Assembly (NCBI GenBank): GCA_951406725.2
Contig: OX597837.1
Coordinates: forward strand, 11,966,001 to 12,030,000
DNA: 64,000 nucleotides
Reading direction: 5' to 3'
Source of the DNA: Octopus vulgaris
Lineage: Eukaryota
Positions within the stretch are counted from its first letter, which is position 1. Each line of letters begins with the position of its first letter. The notes under the pieces are model-generated. The model did not search any database and had not been told where the DNA came from. It was given only the letters and a program-made list of their open reading frames with translations. Below are positions 50,823 to 63,882 of the stretch, piece by piece. Made by a program: the position numbers and the translations under genes.

Positions 50823-52123
50823 CTCTCTCTCTTTCGGAGAGGCACTGAGCAGCTATACGCACACATACACACACGGCAGTAACTTCCACCTACCGAATTC
50901 AATTACAAAGCTCCGGTCGGCTCGGGGCTATAGTGGAAGACACCTACCCAAAGTGCCACGCAGTGGGACTGAACCCGAAACCATGTAGCTCGGAAGCAAG
51001 CTCCCTAACCACACAGCCATATATATATATATATATATATATAGGGAGAGAGAGGGAGTCATTCCCATCAATATATCTATCCTTAAAACCCTTAAAAATG
51101 TTTTAGCCCGAAGGCCGCGGCCATGCTGCGGCACCACCGCCGAAACATCGTTGAAACATTTGAAATTTTATTTCTTTTTACCACCACTCTTGTCAATCTT
51201 GTCCGCCTCTTTCGACCCCCAGACCTTCTTTATTCCCCCCATCCCAGTCTCCACGTCTCCATCTCATCGAGCCAGTCTCTCCCCACTTTAATCGCCTTCT
51301 TCTTCTTAGTTTTCGTATTAGCTGCCTCCGATTAAAGAAACTCGTCTGTTAATTATTTCCTGCTAAAATGGCCAACTGGTAGAATCATTAAATACTGCGG
51401 TTCCAATTATTCGTGTTGGGATGTAGAACTTCTTAACGATGTCCTGGCTCCCCGACCAATCTAGCGTAAAATTAAATATTGATGTAATAACTCCCAATTA
51501 AGTGTTTCAATGAGTTTGGTAATCCTGGTGGTACCCTTTTTTTCCGTATAATATTAGCGCTGGTGGTTCTTAGCGAATTCGCCAGCCTTCGACATGTTTC
51601 GAAGCTATTATTTTTCTTTTTGTTTTTTTTTACTCCTTCTGGATACTCGCATACACTTCTCATTGAAGAAACCTAGTAAGTGCTTAATTTAATCTCTGAC
51701 CATTCAATCAGGAAAAGGTTTTAGTTCAGGATTAAGTGGTTAAACGCTAAAAAGATTCTATTAGCCAACAGTAGTTCTGACCGCATAACATAAGAGTAAC
51801 GTCCCCTTATGCAAGTTAGAGTAATGTCCCCTTGAACACATTTTGAAAATTTTTTTGATAATCCTCGTCGTTATAGCAGTGAGGGTCTTAAAATATTCCA
51901 GATGTGGAAAGTCTGCGAAAGGCATCAACATTCCTGTTGAGTTCACAATGAATTTACAACGTTGAAGCATTAGCAACACCTGTGTGTGTATATCTGTACG
52001 TGCTTAAGTTTATAAATATCACAGAACTTGGGAAATAGTCGAGTGTTTTTTTAACAGGTCGGATCGGTGCGGAAAGAACCAGCGAAAATTCCACGACCGC
52101 TCGACCGCTTGGGAATAACAAAC

Positions 52124-52180
<57 letters not shown>

Positions 52181-52376
52181 GTGTCTAAAATAGCGAAAGC
52201 AAATGCTAGGTAATGTATTGTTAGATACGTTAAGTCTGCCTGAAAGACGAAATGGTCACGGCTGGAATCTATTTGATCATATGATCATACTTAATCATGA
52301 GGCAATGAAGGCAAAACAACAAATGGCTTCGTAGTCATTTTAGATGTATATATGTATGTATGCATGCATGTATGTG

Positions 52377-52413
<37 letters not shown>

Positions 52414-52426
52414 CACATACTCACAT

Positions 52427-52472
<46 letters not shown>

Positions 52473-54099
52473 CACATACATATATGTATGTATGTATATA
52501 TATATATATATAACACTGTGTGTGTGAAAGTTGGCCGGGCGAAATGCTTGGCGGGATTTCGTTTGTCTTCGTGTTCTGAGTTCAAATTCCGCCGCGGTCG
52601 ACTTCGCCTTTTCATCCTTTTGGGGGTCGATAAAATAAGTACCAGTAGTGTACTGAGGTCCATGTAATCGACTGTCCCCGTCCTTCAAATTTCAGGTCTT
52701 GTATCATTAGTAGAAAGGAATGTGTGTGTATTGGTTTGTTTACATCACCACAACTTAGTGGTTCACTAAAAGGATCTAATATAATAAGTAACAGACTTAT
52801 AAAATATTCACGGCGGTCGATTTGTTCGACTTAACCCTTCCAAATGGTACCCCAGCTGGCCGCAGTCCATTGACTACAAAAATAGAAGATAAAAAAGATT
52901 TTAAAATATTACTATATTTCGGAACGGTCATTTTTTATTCTGCTAAATAAACACACACACACACTATATATATATTCGTTCCTCATTCAGATTTATTGTT
53001 GTTTTTATTTCATGTCTGGAAATCTTTCGTCATACACCTGCAACCTCTTCAGCGATTCTCCATCCCACGTGTTTCCTCCTATTCTGTTTAGTCCAAATAT
53101 AACAATATCTGTTTCAACGCACGATTTCACATCAGGAATCTTGCAACGCAAATACATAAACAATAAAAAAATATTATCCATATGTTTTTACGTTACTTAT
53201 AATAATTTTATTTTTATTCATTTGTCAGAATTTTAGTTGATTTTAAACTGTTGACCGTTACCAATAAAGCTTTCACGGCGGGACATTCGCTTCATCAGCT
53301 CTTGGCTCTAAGGAAAATAACGGTCTCGACACCTTCCCACAGGACCGCTTTTTTCAGCTGTCCTGGGCAGCGATAATCTTACCAGAGAATGACGACGATC
53401 TGTTGGCCCACAATGCCGTAGCCCTTTTCTCTGTTCCTATTTTCCGTCATCCACGTTGTCACCTCAGCAAACCTGGAAATTCAGCTGAAACCATTCCGAA
53501 ATTTCATGGATTTTTTTTTTACCACATTCTACAGGATTTGTTCTTCGCTTGCAATTTTGTTTCTCTTTTCCTCATATATCTTTTCTGTCACGTGTGTGTG
53601 TGTGTGTGTGGGGGTGCTTGTATGCGTGCGTATGTGCGTGGGTGTTTGCACTTGTAGTTTATAGGTGTGTGTATGTGTATGTATATTTGTGTGCATGAGT
53701 ATGTTTGTGTGTGCGCATGGTTTCTTGGTGTGTATATGTGCATGTGTATACGTGGGCTTAGTGTTTATAGTGTGTGTGTGTGTGCATGAGTACGTGTGTG
53801 TTTGTCCTTGGTCTAAGTATATGTGTGTGTGTGTATTTGTGTTTGAGTGCAGAGAAAGTGGGGTGAGAGGGTTCGAGTACAAAGTTTTTGGCATCGAGTA
53901 CAAAACCTGACTGACACGTAAGATATACAACAACAACACCATGTAATGCAATCCAAAGTCAACAACACTAAAATAACAATAATCGTAAAAGGGAAGATGT
54001 AGCTTAAATGGTTCACGGATGAAGGAATAACGGTGGTGAGGATGAGGAAGAGGGTGATGATGAGGATGAAGAGGATGATGATTGCGGCAAGACTTGTTG

Positions 54100-55500
54100 C
54101 GTCATTTTCTTCTTCTACTATTACTACTACCCTTTATCTCTTCTTTTTCCTCTTCCTCCTCCTCTTCTACTCTTCTCTTCACTCCTCTTCCTCCTCTTAT
54201 TACTCCCCCTCTCCCACCTCCCTTCTTCTTCTTCTTCCACCTCCTCCCCTCCTCCTCTTATTCCTCCCCTCTCCCAACCTCCCTTCTTCTTCTTCTTCTT
54301 CTTCTTCTTCTTCTTCTTCTTCTTCTTCTTCCTCCCCCTCTCCCCCACAGAAAATTGCTATTCATTCAACCTTGCTTTTACTCTAAACAGAAAAAACAAA
54401 GCGAAACAAAACAAGAAAACCAGTGTCCGGTGGTGTCCGGTGGTGTCCGGTGGTGTCCGGTGGTGGTGACGACAGTCCCAAGTTGTAATGGTCATCGTAA
54501 TTTCGGTGGTGTTTGTGGCTTGCTCATTAGAACCTTTGGTCTTAGCCTCAGATTTTAATGGTGGTTGGTGGTAATTGGGGTGGCGGTGATAGTGTTGGGG
54601 GCTGTGATTGCGGGTGGTGGTGGTGATGCGATAGCATTGTTGATAGTGGTGATAACGGTGGTGGTGGTGGTTTGTGGTGGCGATAATTGTGATGGTGGTA
54701 TTGATGGTAGCGGCAGTGGTGGTGGTGGTGGTGGTATGAGTAATGGTTGGTGCTGGTCATAGCTGTGATGATGACGATGATAATGATGATGATGACTACA
54801 ACGATGATGATGATGATGATAAAGACAATGGTAATGGTGGTGATGATGATGATGATGATGCTATTGTCAGAGAGAATGTTTTTTTGTGTGTGTTATTTAT
54901 TTTTTTCCTCTCTTTAGGTTTCCTTTGTCCACGTTTCACCTCATTCACAATTCAGTTTCAGAGGAAAAGGACGAGGAGGGTGGGTGGGTGGGTGGGTAGA
55001 GGGGGTTACTTCATTTCTGACTATTTTTTGACATGCTTTCCTTCCTTTCTTCCTTTCTTTCATTCATTCCCTGTCTGTCTGTCCATCTATCTATCTCTTT
55101 TATTTTTCTTCCTTTCTTTCTTTCTTTTCTTTTCTTTCACCTGTCCTTCCTTCCTCCTTTCCTTCCTTCCTTTAATTCATTCTCTGTCTGTCTGTCTGTC
55201 TCTCTCTTTCTCTTTCATTTTTCTTCCTTTCTTTCTTTTCTTTCACCTGTCCTTCCTTCCTCCTTTCCTTCCTTCTTTTCAGCCTTCCTTCCTTTCATTC
55301 ATTCTGTCTGTCCGTCTCTCTCTCTTTCATTTTTCTTTCTTTTCTTTCACCTGTCATTCCTTCCTTCTTGTCTTTCTTTCTTTCTATCTTTCTTTATCTC
55401 TCTTACCTTCTCTTTCGTTCTCTCACACTTTTTCTTCCTTTCCTTTCATTTCCTCCTACCTCTCTCTCTCTCTCTCTCTCTCTTTCACTTTCCCTCCACC
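54100..55500. repeat. Low-complexity block: (CTT)n, (GGT)n, (GAT)n and long CT-rich tracts
   Basis: Direct inspection. Confidence 0.9.
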
Positions 55501-56019
55501 CCCCTTTCCCCCACCCTCTCCACTCACCCCTGGCCTTGTTAAAACCACCTCAATGGACCGGTCAGCACAACGTCCACTGTCCACCACAAGTAAACAATAA
55601 ACTCGTTAGTTTTGACTCCATCGAAAACACATCTTTTTTTTTTCTGTTATTTTATACTCATTATAGTGTTTTTGTTTTTATCTCCCCCCCTCTTAATTAC
55701 TTTGTTTGTAATTATTTATTTATTTATTTATCTGTTTATTTAATTAATTAACCTACCACCACCACCCACCATCGACCCACCACCTCACTCCACTTTCAAT
55801 GTCGGTCACTTAATTAAACCAGAAAGATCTCTAGCCTTGGTGTGTGTGTGTGCGCGTGTTTCTGTGTGTGTGTGTGTGTATGTTTCTGTGTGTGTGTGTG
55901 TGTGTGTGTCATTGAAAGAAGCTTTCACAAGTTTTAAGCTTTAGTATTTAGTATACACAAGTGTGTGCAGATGTGTGTGTGATGATTGTATATACACACA
56001 CACACATACACACATACAT

Positions 56020-56722
56020 TATTATGGCTTCCCCCTCGTTATTGAGTATGGCCATTGCGCGAAGCTTAACTGTTATTGGTGCTGTGATCGAATGTGACTT
56101 TTTAGCCCAGCTAAAGATCTACAATGTCTTGTACAAAATTGGTAACTAAAACCTTTACCGGTAAAAAGCCGGCTGTAGTTGTAACTGGGCTTCATGTACC
56201 TTTGCATGTCGTTTAGGTCCTCCTGCCGAATTACACTCTCTTCCACATGCCCGACAGATATGATTAGTATGGTGTGTAACACCACCACCAGTGGCCAGGT
56301 TGTCACTCATCTGTCTCGTTTTATGACTACGAAGATGACTCATGAGTCCAGCTTTACTGAGGCAGGGTCTTGCACAGACATTGCATGTCAGAATCAAAGG
56401 AAGACCCTTCCCTTCTGGAAGTGTAACAGCGATGCCCTTCCTGACATCCCTCCTTACTTTCTCAAGTGCTACTCGAGATTTCTCAAAAGTGGCTGTCCCC
56501 TCATGCACAATCCTTCTCCACCTGCTACGATCAATAGCTATGCCTTCCCATGTGTCAGGAGAGATGCAAGCATCTCTTAAGGAAGCCTTCAGCAAGTCCT
56601 TATACCTCTTTTTTTGGTTTATGTGGAGGTCATTCTCCTTTAGCTAACTCTCCATAAAAGAGTTGTTTTGGCATCCTTGAATCCTTCATTCTGACCAGAT
56701 GACCACTCCATCTGAGCCTTTA
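56020..56722 (-). mobile_element. RTE-clade LINE 3' end with C2H2 zinc fingers
   Basis: WSGHLVRMKDSRMPKQLFYGEL...RYKDLLKASL...WEGIAIDRSRWR, then CxxC...HxxxH motifs. Confidence 0.8.
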
Positions 56723-57163
56723 CTTTAAACATACATACACACATACATACATATATACACACATATATATGTATGTATATTTGCTTTATTAATAAATCTG
56801 CAAAGACATCACAAAAACTGTTACTCAGAGTTTCACAAACGGGAATGTGAAACTCTGAGTTACAAATTTTTTTTTTTATGTCTTCTAAGCTTTATTAATA
56901 ACTTTGATAGGTTTCGACCAGGAAAGGCTGAAACCTATCAACACCACTTTACTCTACCTCCAGTATTTGAGTACTATTTCCCCCCCCCCCCACCTTGTTT
57001 CACATTTATGTGCTTACTCTGGTATATATATATATATACATATATATATATAACATAAGGGGGATCAGCCATCTGAATGTGGCTAGGGTCAGGGTGGGGT
57101 GGTGGGGGTGTTACTGATGCATTTAGCCCCAGGCGAACATCAACTCGCTCAGAGATTTATTAT

Positions 57164-57204
<41 letters not shown>

Positions 57205-57614
57205 TATATATATAAACACATATAAATATATATATATTAGAAGAAATGAGGTACTCAGAAATCTGGATGGTTTTACATTTACAAATTTTTATTAGTATGT
57301 CTCATGTTTTTATAAATCATATATTAGCGCTTGCTTCTACTCTAGTAGACTCTCCAGATCTGAGTACCTTATTTCTTCTAATATATAATACCTGTACATC
57401 ATCTCCAAACCTTTTAATATATATATATATATATATATATTATTTACATTTGATGGATATTTGTCCTCATCTTGTTTGTTGTTAACACAACGTTTTGGCT
57501 GATAAACCCTCCAGCCTTCATCAGGTGTCTTGGGGGAAATTTCAAACTTGGGTTCTCATTCCTAAGGTATTTCTTGATGTTATCATCATCATTATTATTA
57601 TTATTATTATTAAC

Positions 57615-57878
57615 CACAGGCATATGGTATAGTGGTTAAGTGCACGAGCTACCAACCCCAAGATTCGGAGTTCGATTCCAGACAGTGACCTGAATAATAA
57701 TAATAATAACATCATAAAATACCTTAGGAATGAGAACCCAGGTTCGAAAATTCCTCAAGACACCTGATGAAGGCTGGAGGGTACATCAGCCGAAATGTCA
57801 TGTTAACAACAAACAAGATGAGGACAAATATCTGTCAATTGTAAATAATGTAGATAATTCCTCATCTCTTAAATATAC
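57615..57878 (+). mobile_element. tRNA-derived SINE with hammerhead-bearing tail; other copies ~35170-35460 (+) and ~57440-57585 (-)
   Basis: A-box-like tggtatagtgg, B-box ggagttcgattcc, (aat)n, then a conserved body ccttaggaatgagaaccca...cacctgatga...gaggacaaata...cctcatctcttaaata shared between copies. Confidence 0.65.
57759..57804 (+). ncRNA. Putative minimal hammerhead within a tRNA-headed SINE; inverted copy at 57484-57529 has G12 changed to A
   Basis: gacac-CTGATGA-a-ggctgg..tcagcc-GAAA-t-GTC-atgtt. The minus copy reads gacac-CTGATGA...AAAAC-GTT-gtgtt with a perfect stem I. Confidence 0.65.
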
Positions 57879-60800
57879 CCAGGTACTTATTCTTTTTCAA
57901 AACCTGGATTTATTCTATTGGTCTCTTCTGAGGATGTTAACAAACCAACACTGGTTGTTAGGTGGTGGTGGTGGTGAGAGACAAATGTTAACCCACAGAA
58001 AGGCTTTCCTCTGTCAGGTCTTTTTTATTTTTGTTTCTCTTAGTAGAAATGCCGGTCCTTTGCAAACCCATTTTTACTTCTGGGAAGAGGAGGTCTGTCT
58101 TCATCTGGTCTCTTAACCTTTGACCTGCCCAGCATGGGAGGCCCTACAAAATGCCTGTGCTCTGCTGGCAAAGCTCCCAGGGTCCTTAAGGCATACAAGC
58201 CTACACACCACAACATGGTGGATATAACTTGTTGCTCAGCTTAAATTTGTGTAAAGTGATGTAGTTTGGTGTTCAACTTGTGTGCATCCATGCACTTCGA
58301 TGTTAAACTTGTTTTTGTCAAAGAATCTATCACTCAGCTTAAAACAACACAAACAAATATAGTTTGGCCCTCAACTAAAACTTGAATTGCTTAAAACTTA
58401 GCTTAAACTTGTGGAGGCTCATGTAGTTAGGTGCTTGGCTTAAGCACAAGTAGGTTGATGTAGCTTGTTGCTCATTTTAAACTTGTGTAAACTGACTCAG
58501 GTTGGTGCTCATCTTGCATAGGTTTTTGCAGTTAGATCTTAGCTTAAACTTGAGTAGGTTAATAGTTTGGTGCTCAACTCAAATTGAGTAGATTTATGTC
58601 GTTAGATGCTCGGCTTGGCCCTTAGCACACTGCATTTTCCATAGAATTGTTTCCCCTGCCCTGTTACTACAGGGGATAGAACTCATACAGTAACATGATG
58701 CACCTTCAGTGTGCTAAAGGTTAAAAGTGTGTACACTCACACATTGTATTGCTCAGCTTAACCCTTTAGAATTTAAACTGGCCATATCTGACCCAAATAT
58801 TCTGTTTTATGTTCAAACTGACTGTATTTATCATAGAATAATGGTTTCAACTGGCAGAATCGTTAGCACGCCGGGCAAAATGCGTAGCCATATTTCATCT
58901 GCCGTTATGTTCTGGGTTCAAATTACGTCGAGGTCGACTTTGCCTTTCATCCTTTTGGGGTCGATAAATTAAGTACCAGTAATGTACTGGGGTCGATGTA
59001 ATCAACTTAATCCATTTGTCTGTCCTTGTTTGTTCCCTCTGTGTTTAGCCCCTTGTGGGCAGTAAAGAAACAGGTATTTCGTCCGCCTTTGCCTTTCATC
59101 CTTTCGGGGTCGATTTAAATAAGTACCAGTTACGCACTGAGGTCGATGTAATCGATTTAATCCCTTCCCCCAAATCTCAGGCCTTGTGCTTCCAGTAGAA
59201 AGGATTATTATTATTATTATTTTTATTAAGACAAAAAGCTGGCAGAAACGTTAGCACGCCGGGCAAAATGCTTATCGGTATTTCGTCTGCCGTTACGTTC
59301 TGAGTTCTAATTCCGCCGAGGTCGACTTTGCCTTTCATCCTTTCGGGGTCGATTAAATAAGTACCAGTTACGCACTGGGGTCGATGTAATCGACTTAATC
59401 CGTTTGTCTGTCTTTGTTTGTCCCCTCTGTGTTTAGCCCCTTGTGGGCAGTAAAGAAATATATATAATTAAGATTTAAACTGTAAATATATGAATGCGAA
59501 AGAGATAGTTGAATTACTGTAAACCTACTTTTGGGTCACCCTGTACATACGTGTGTGTGTGTGTGTGTGTGTATAAGATGGTCTTTCAGTTTCCGTCTGC
59601 CAAATCCACTGAGAAGGCTTTGGTCAGCCTGGGGCTATAATTGAAAATACTAGCCCAAGGGTGCCATGCAGTGGGGCAGAACTTGGAGTGATTTGGTTAG
59701 AAAGCAAACTTCTTGCCACACAGCCATGCCTGTGCCTATAAAACCAACAGATGGGATGGTCATGACTGGAACACTTTTAGATCATAAATCGGCTGGATAA
59801 GAATCGACCTGGAAGTGCCAAACATTAAACCAAGATAACAACAACAACAACAACAACGCATCAATTATGAAGCATCAAAAAAACATAATTTATTTTAGAA
59901 TAAAAATGTAATTACAAGAAACCGGATGAGGAATGGAATCGCAAAAAATTTACACCATTCCAAATATTTCAAGACAAAAAAAAAAAATATTTTCTGTTTT
60001 ATTTGTTTAATTTAAAAAAAAAAAAATTGGGTAGAAACAAACGAAAAATAAAAAAAAAATAAACAAGATAAACGAACAACAACAATGAAAAAAAAAGAGA
60101 AAAAAATCCAAATGTTTACCATAGATTTATTTTATACATGTGTGTGTGTGTGTGAGTGTGTGTGTGTGTGTATGATAGGTTTGCCTCCACACACAATTTA
60201 CAGCCATTTTATGATTCTTTTTTGTCAGCTAAATCAAACAAGTCTGTGGGGTGGGAGGGTCATGTTTTTGTTTTTTTTTGTTTTCAAACCACTCCCGAAA
60301 TTATACAAACATCAACATAATAATAATAATAATAATAATAATGATAATAATAATAATAATCCTTTCTACTATAGGCACAAGGCCTGAAATTTTTGGGGAT
60401 GGGGAAAGTCGATCACATCGACCCCAGGACATGACTGGTACTTAATTTTTTGACCTCCAAAAGGATGAAAGGCAAAGTCGACCTTGGCGGAATTTGAACT
60501 CAGAATGTAGCGACAGGCGAAATGTCGTTAAGAATTCTGCCTGGTGTGCTAACGATTCTGCCAGCATGCCGCCATAATTAATAATAATAATGATGATAAT
60601 GGTTTCTAATAAAAGCACAAAGGCCTGGAATTCGGAGGAAAGGAGGAACTGTCAATTGGTTGGCACTTTACTTTGTCGACCCCTGGAAAGGATGGAAGGC
60701 AAAGTTCACCTAGGCAGGATTTGAACTCAGAATGCAAAAGGGCCAGAGCAAAACACAGCAATGTGTTTCATCCGACACTTTAGCAATTCTGCCAGTCTAC

Positions 60801-61129
60801 CAATAATAATAATAATAATAAAAACTAACAAAACAACAGTAAAAATAATAGTAATGCCAATAATAATAATAATAATAATAATAACAAAAAAAATAATAAT
60901 ATTGATAATAATAATTTTTATAACATCAATGTCACCGTAACAAACATGTTTTTTTTGGATTTAATGTGTCCGTTTTCCAAGTTCATCTTCATCTTCTTGA
61001 AGTTCAATGTATGTTTTTTTTATCTCTTATATTTTTTTACATGTGTATGTGTGTATATATACATGTTTTGTAATTTTACACCTGTATAAATTTTGTATTT
61101 TCCATGCATTTCTTATGAAATGAACATTG

Positions 61130-61185
<56 letters not shown>

Positions 61186-62561
61186 TATATATATAGATAT
61201 AGATATATAGATATACATATATATATATATTATATACACATATGTACATATCATTTCCTTCATTATCGTTATTACTACTATACAACATATAAATTACACA
61301 TCTTTTTTTATATTGTTATTATAATTTTTATTATGTGTGTGTGTGTATATATATATATGTATGCAGTCTTTACATGTGTGTGTGTGAGTGTTTATGTGTA
61401 TATAACTCATATTCAAAATTTTTTAATATTTTTTTTTTTTTACACATTTGTATATATAAATATATTATGAGTTCATTATATAACAGTTTTAGCAAGTGTA
61501 TATATATGCCCTTTGTGTATGTGTGTGTGGCACAGTTCACAATGTTTTTTTTTAACCCCTACATATTTCCCCAGGGTTGGGGAGTTGAATCCCCACCCCC
61601 ACAAAAAAAACAAACAAGAGGTCCATGATTGTACATCAGTAAAAACAGTTCCATTTCTCATCACAAATTCACCAATTTTCAGACGATTGGTCAGTCCTCA
61701 AAGACATATACATAATATATATATACACTCACACATACATATATATATAATATATATATACACACTTTATTTGATTATTGTCTCAATTTGATTTTTTTTC
61801 TTTTTCTTTAAGTTAGGTTTTTCTTGTAATTTTCCAATTTGTTATTGTCATTTCTTTTGCATTTTTTGTTTTTGTTTTATGTTGGTGGTTTTGATTTTAG
61901 TCCAGCTGAAGAAATTTAAATAAAAAATATCCAATTTCTGTATCCTTGAAAATTATTTCGTCTGTCCATGTGTTCAGCCGTCCATCCATCAATCCATCCA
62001 TCCGTCCGTCCGTCCGTCCGTCGGTTCATCCAAATGTCAATCTCTTATTCCAAATATACATTATCCATATATACATTAACACATTATATTAGACATAAAC
62101 AAACAAACACACACATATATTTTATACATCAATTCCTTATCAATCCATCAATCCACCATCCAAACATCCGCCATTCTATCCTTTGGGAATATACACTCAT
62201 GATGTGAAAGAAACAATAGATATCTGTATGCAAGCGCATGTATATACATATATATACATCTGTAACATAGACAAATACTGGTATATCAAATACCGTATAA
62301 AATAAATTCTTGGCATATTAAAATAACCCCCACTTCTAGAGGATGTGTCATAAGAATTCTCCAAAGCTGACATGCCACTGAGGAAAAGGATAAGCTTATT
62401 GTTTGGAGATAAGGGGACAGTCATGGACATCTCTTTCTGCCTCAATAGGTGTTGTCAGCATGACGATTTTCCTACCTTATCTCCAGTAGCCAAGGGTCTG
62501 AGATATATATATATGTATATATATATATGTATGCAAAAAGAGTAGAACTCAGACACATATG

Positions 62562-62616
<55 letters not shown>

Positions 62617-62683
62617 ATCTGTGTGTTTGTATTTGAGTCTATTTTTGTGTGAGACTTTGTGTCTGTATGTAAACTTTTATGCA

Positions 62684-62714
<31 letters not shown>

Positions 62715-63573
62715 TTGGGGTTTGGAATAATTTGGAGATGAGAATCCATCATGTGTAGAGAATCTGTAGCAACGACCACTGATATCTTGCGATCCATCTT
62801 TTTTTTTCCTTTTTATTACATGGGTGATGTTACTCATTATTTTAGTTCAAAAGGGTCATCATATATCTACGTTATTTGGAAAAAAATTTTCAAGAACAAA
62901 AAGAGAAAAAATACGTAGTTTTATAAAGTGGGGATTCTACAGTGGAATTATGTAAGAAAAATTAAACAAATTTGACTGATTGTTCCAAGACAGGACAACA
63001 TGGTGTAGATCCGTAAAGGAATTCTACCATCGTATTGTCACAATACGAAAAGTAGGAATTAAAATGTAAAATATTTGATTGAAAATTGTTCTAGGGTGTT
63101 ATTATTGTCCAGATTATTCCGAAATGATTAAGATCTATTTATGTTAAGATTTAATTTATTGTTACGAAAAGTGGAATAACCATCGAAGACACCAGTCAAG
63201 TAAACATCTCCATTGGGATTTTTTGTTTGTTACAATAGGGGAAAAAAAAAGAGATTTCTGTGTGTGTCTGTGTGTGTTTGGTGAGGTGTTGTTTTTGTGT
63301 GATTTTGTCTGAGAATTATACATGGAAGATATATAGACATAATTTATATTATCTTTCGTTTAGTTTTTTCATGTGTTCATCTGCTGTTTTTTTTTCACGC
63401 AAAAAACAACAAAAAGAAAAGTAGGGATGTATTTTCCGAGCAAAAAAAAACAACCAACAACAACAACAACAACAACAAGAGAAAAAATGAAAGATTGTCT
63501 ATTTTCTAATGATTATGAGAAATGAAACGAGAAAGAGAAATGAACAAACAGCTGGAGAAACTATTACAATCAT

Positions 63574-63606
<33 letters not shown>

Positions 63607-63621
63607 CATACATATATATAA

Positions 63622-63658
<37 letters not shown>

Positions 63659-63849
63659 CACATATACATGTGTGTGTGTGAATGGCATAATATTTGGGGA
63701 AATCGGGAGTCGGGTGGATTGGGTTAGTGGTTGGTGATAAGGTAGGTGGGTAGGTGTTGAATTTTTGGAAGCGATATGAGTTTTTCAGATTCACCTCTGA
63801 CCCTTCTGGGCCTTACAAGAAATAAGCTGTATGCCAGTCATGGCAGTTA

Positions 63850-63882
<33 letters not shown>

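Noticed and set aside
51480-51965. Coding-looking non-repetitive stretch on the minus strand
   Set aside because: It is interrupted by stops, and I cannot assign it to any family. It is probably a decayed mobile-element fragment.
54033-55751. Long hydrophobic or acidic ORFs (up to 285 aa)
   Set aside because: They are translations of (CTT)n, (GAT)n and CT-rich low-complexity DNA.
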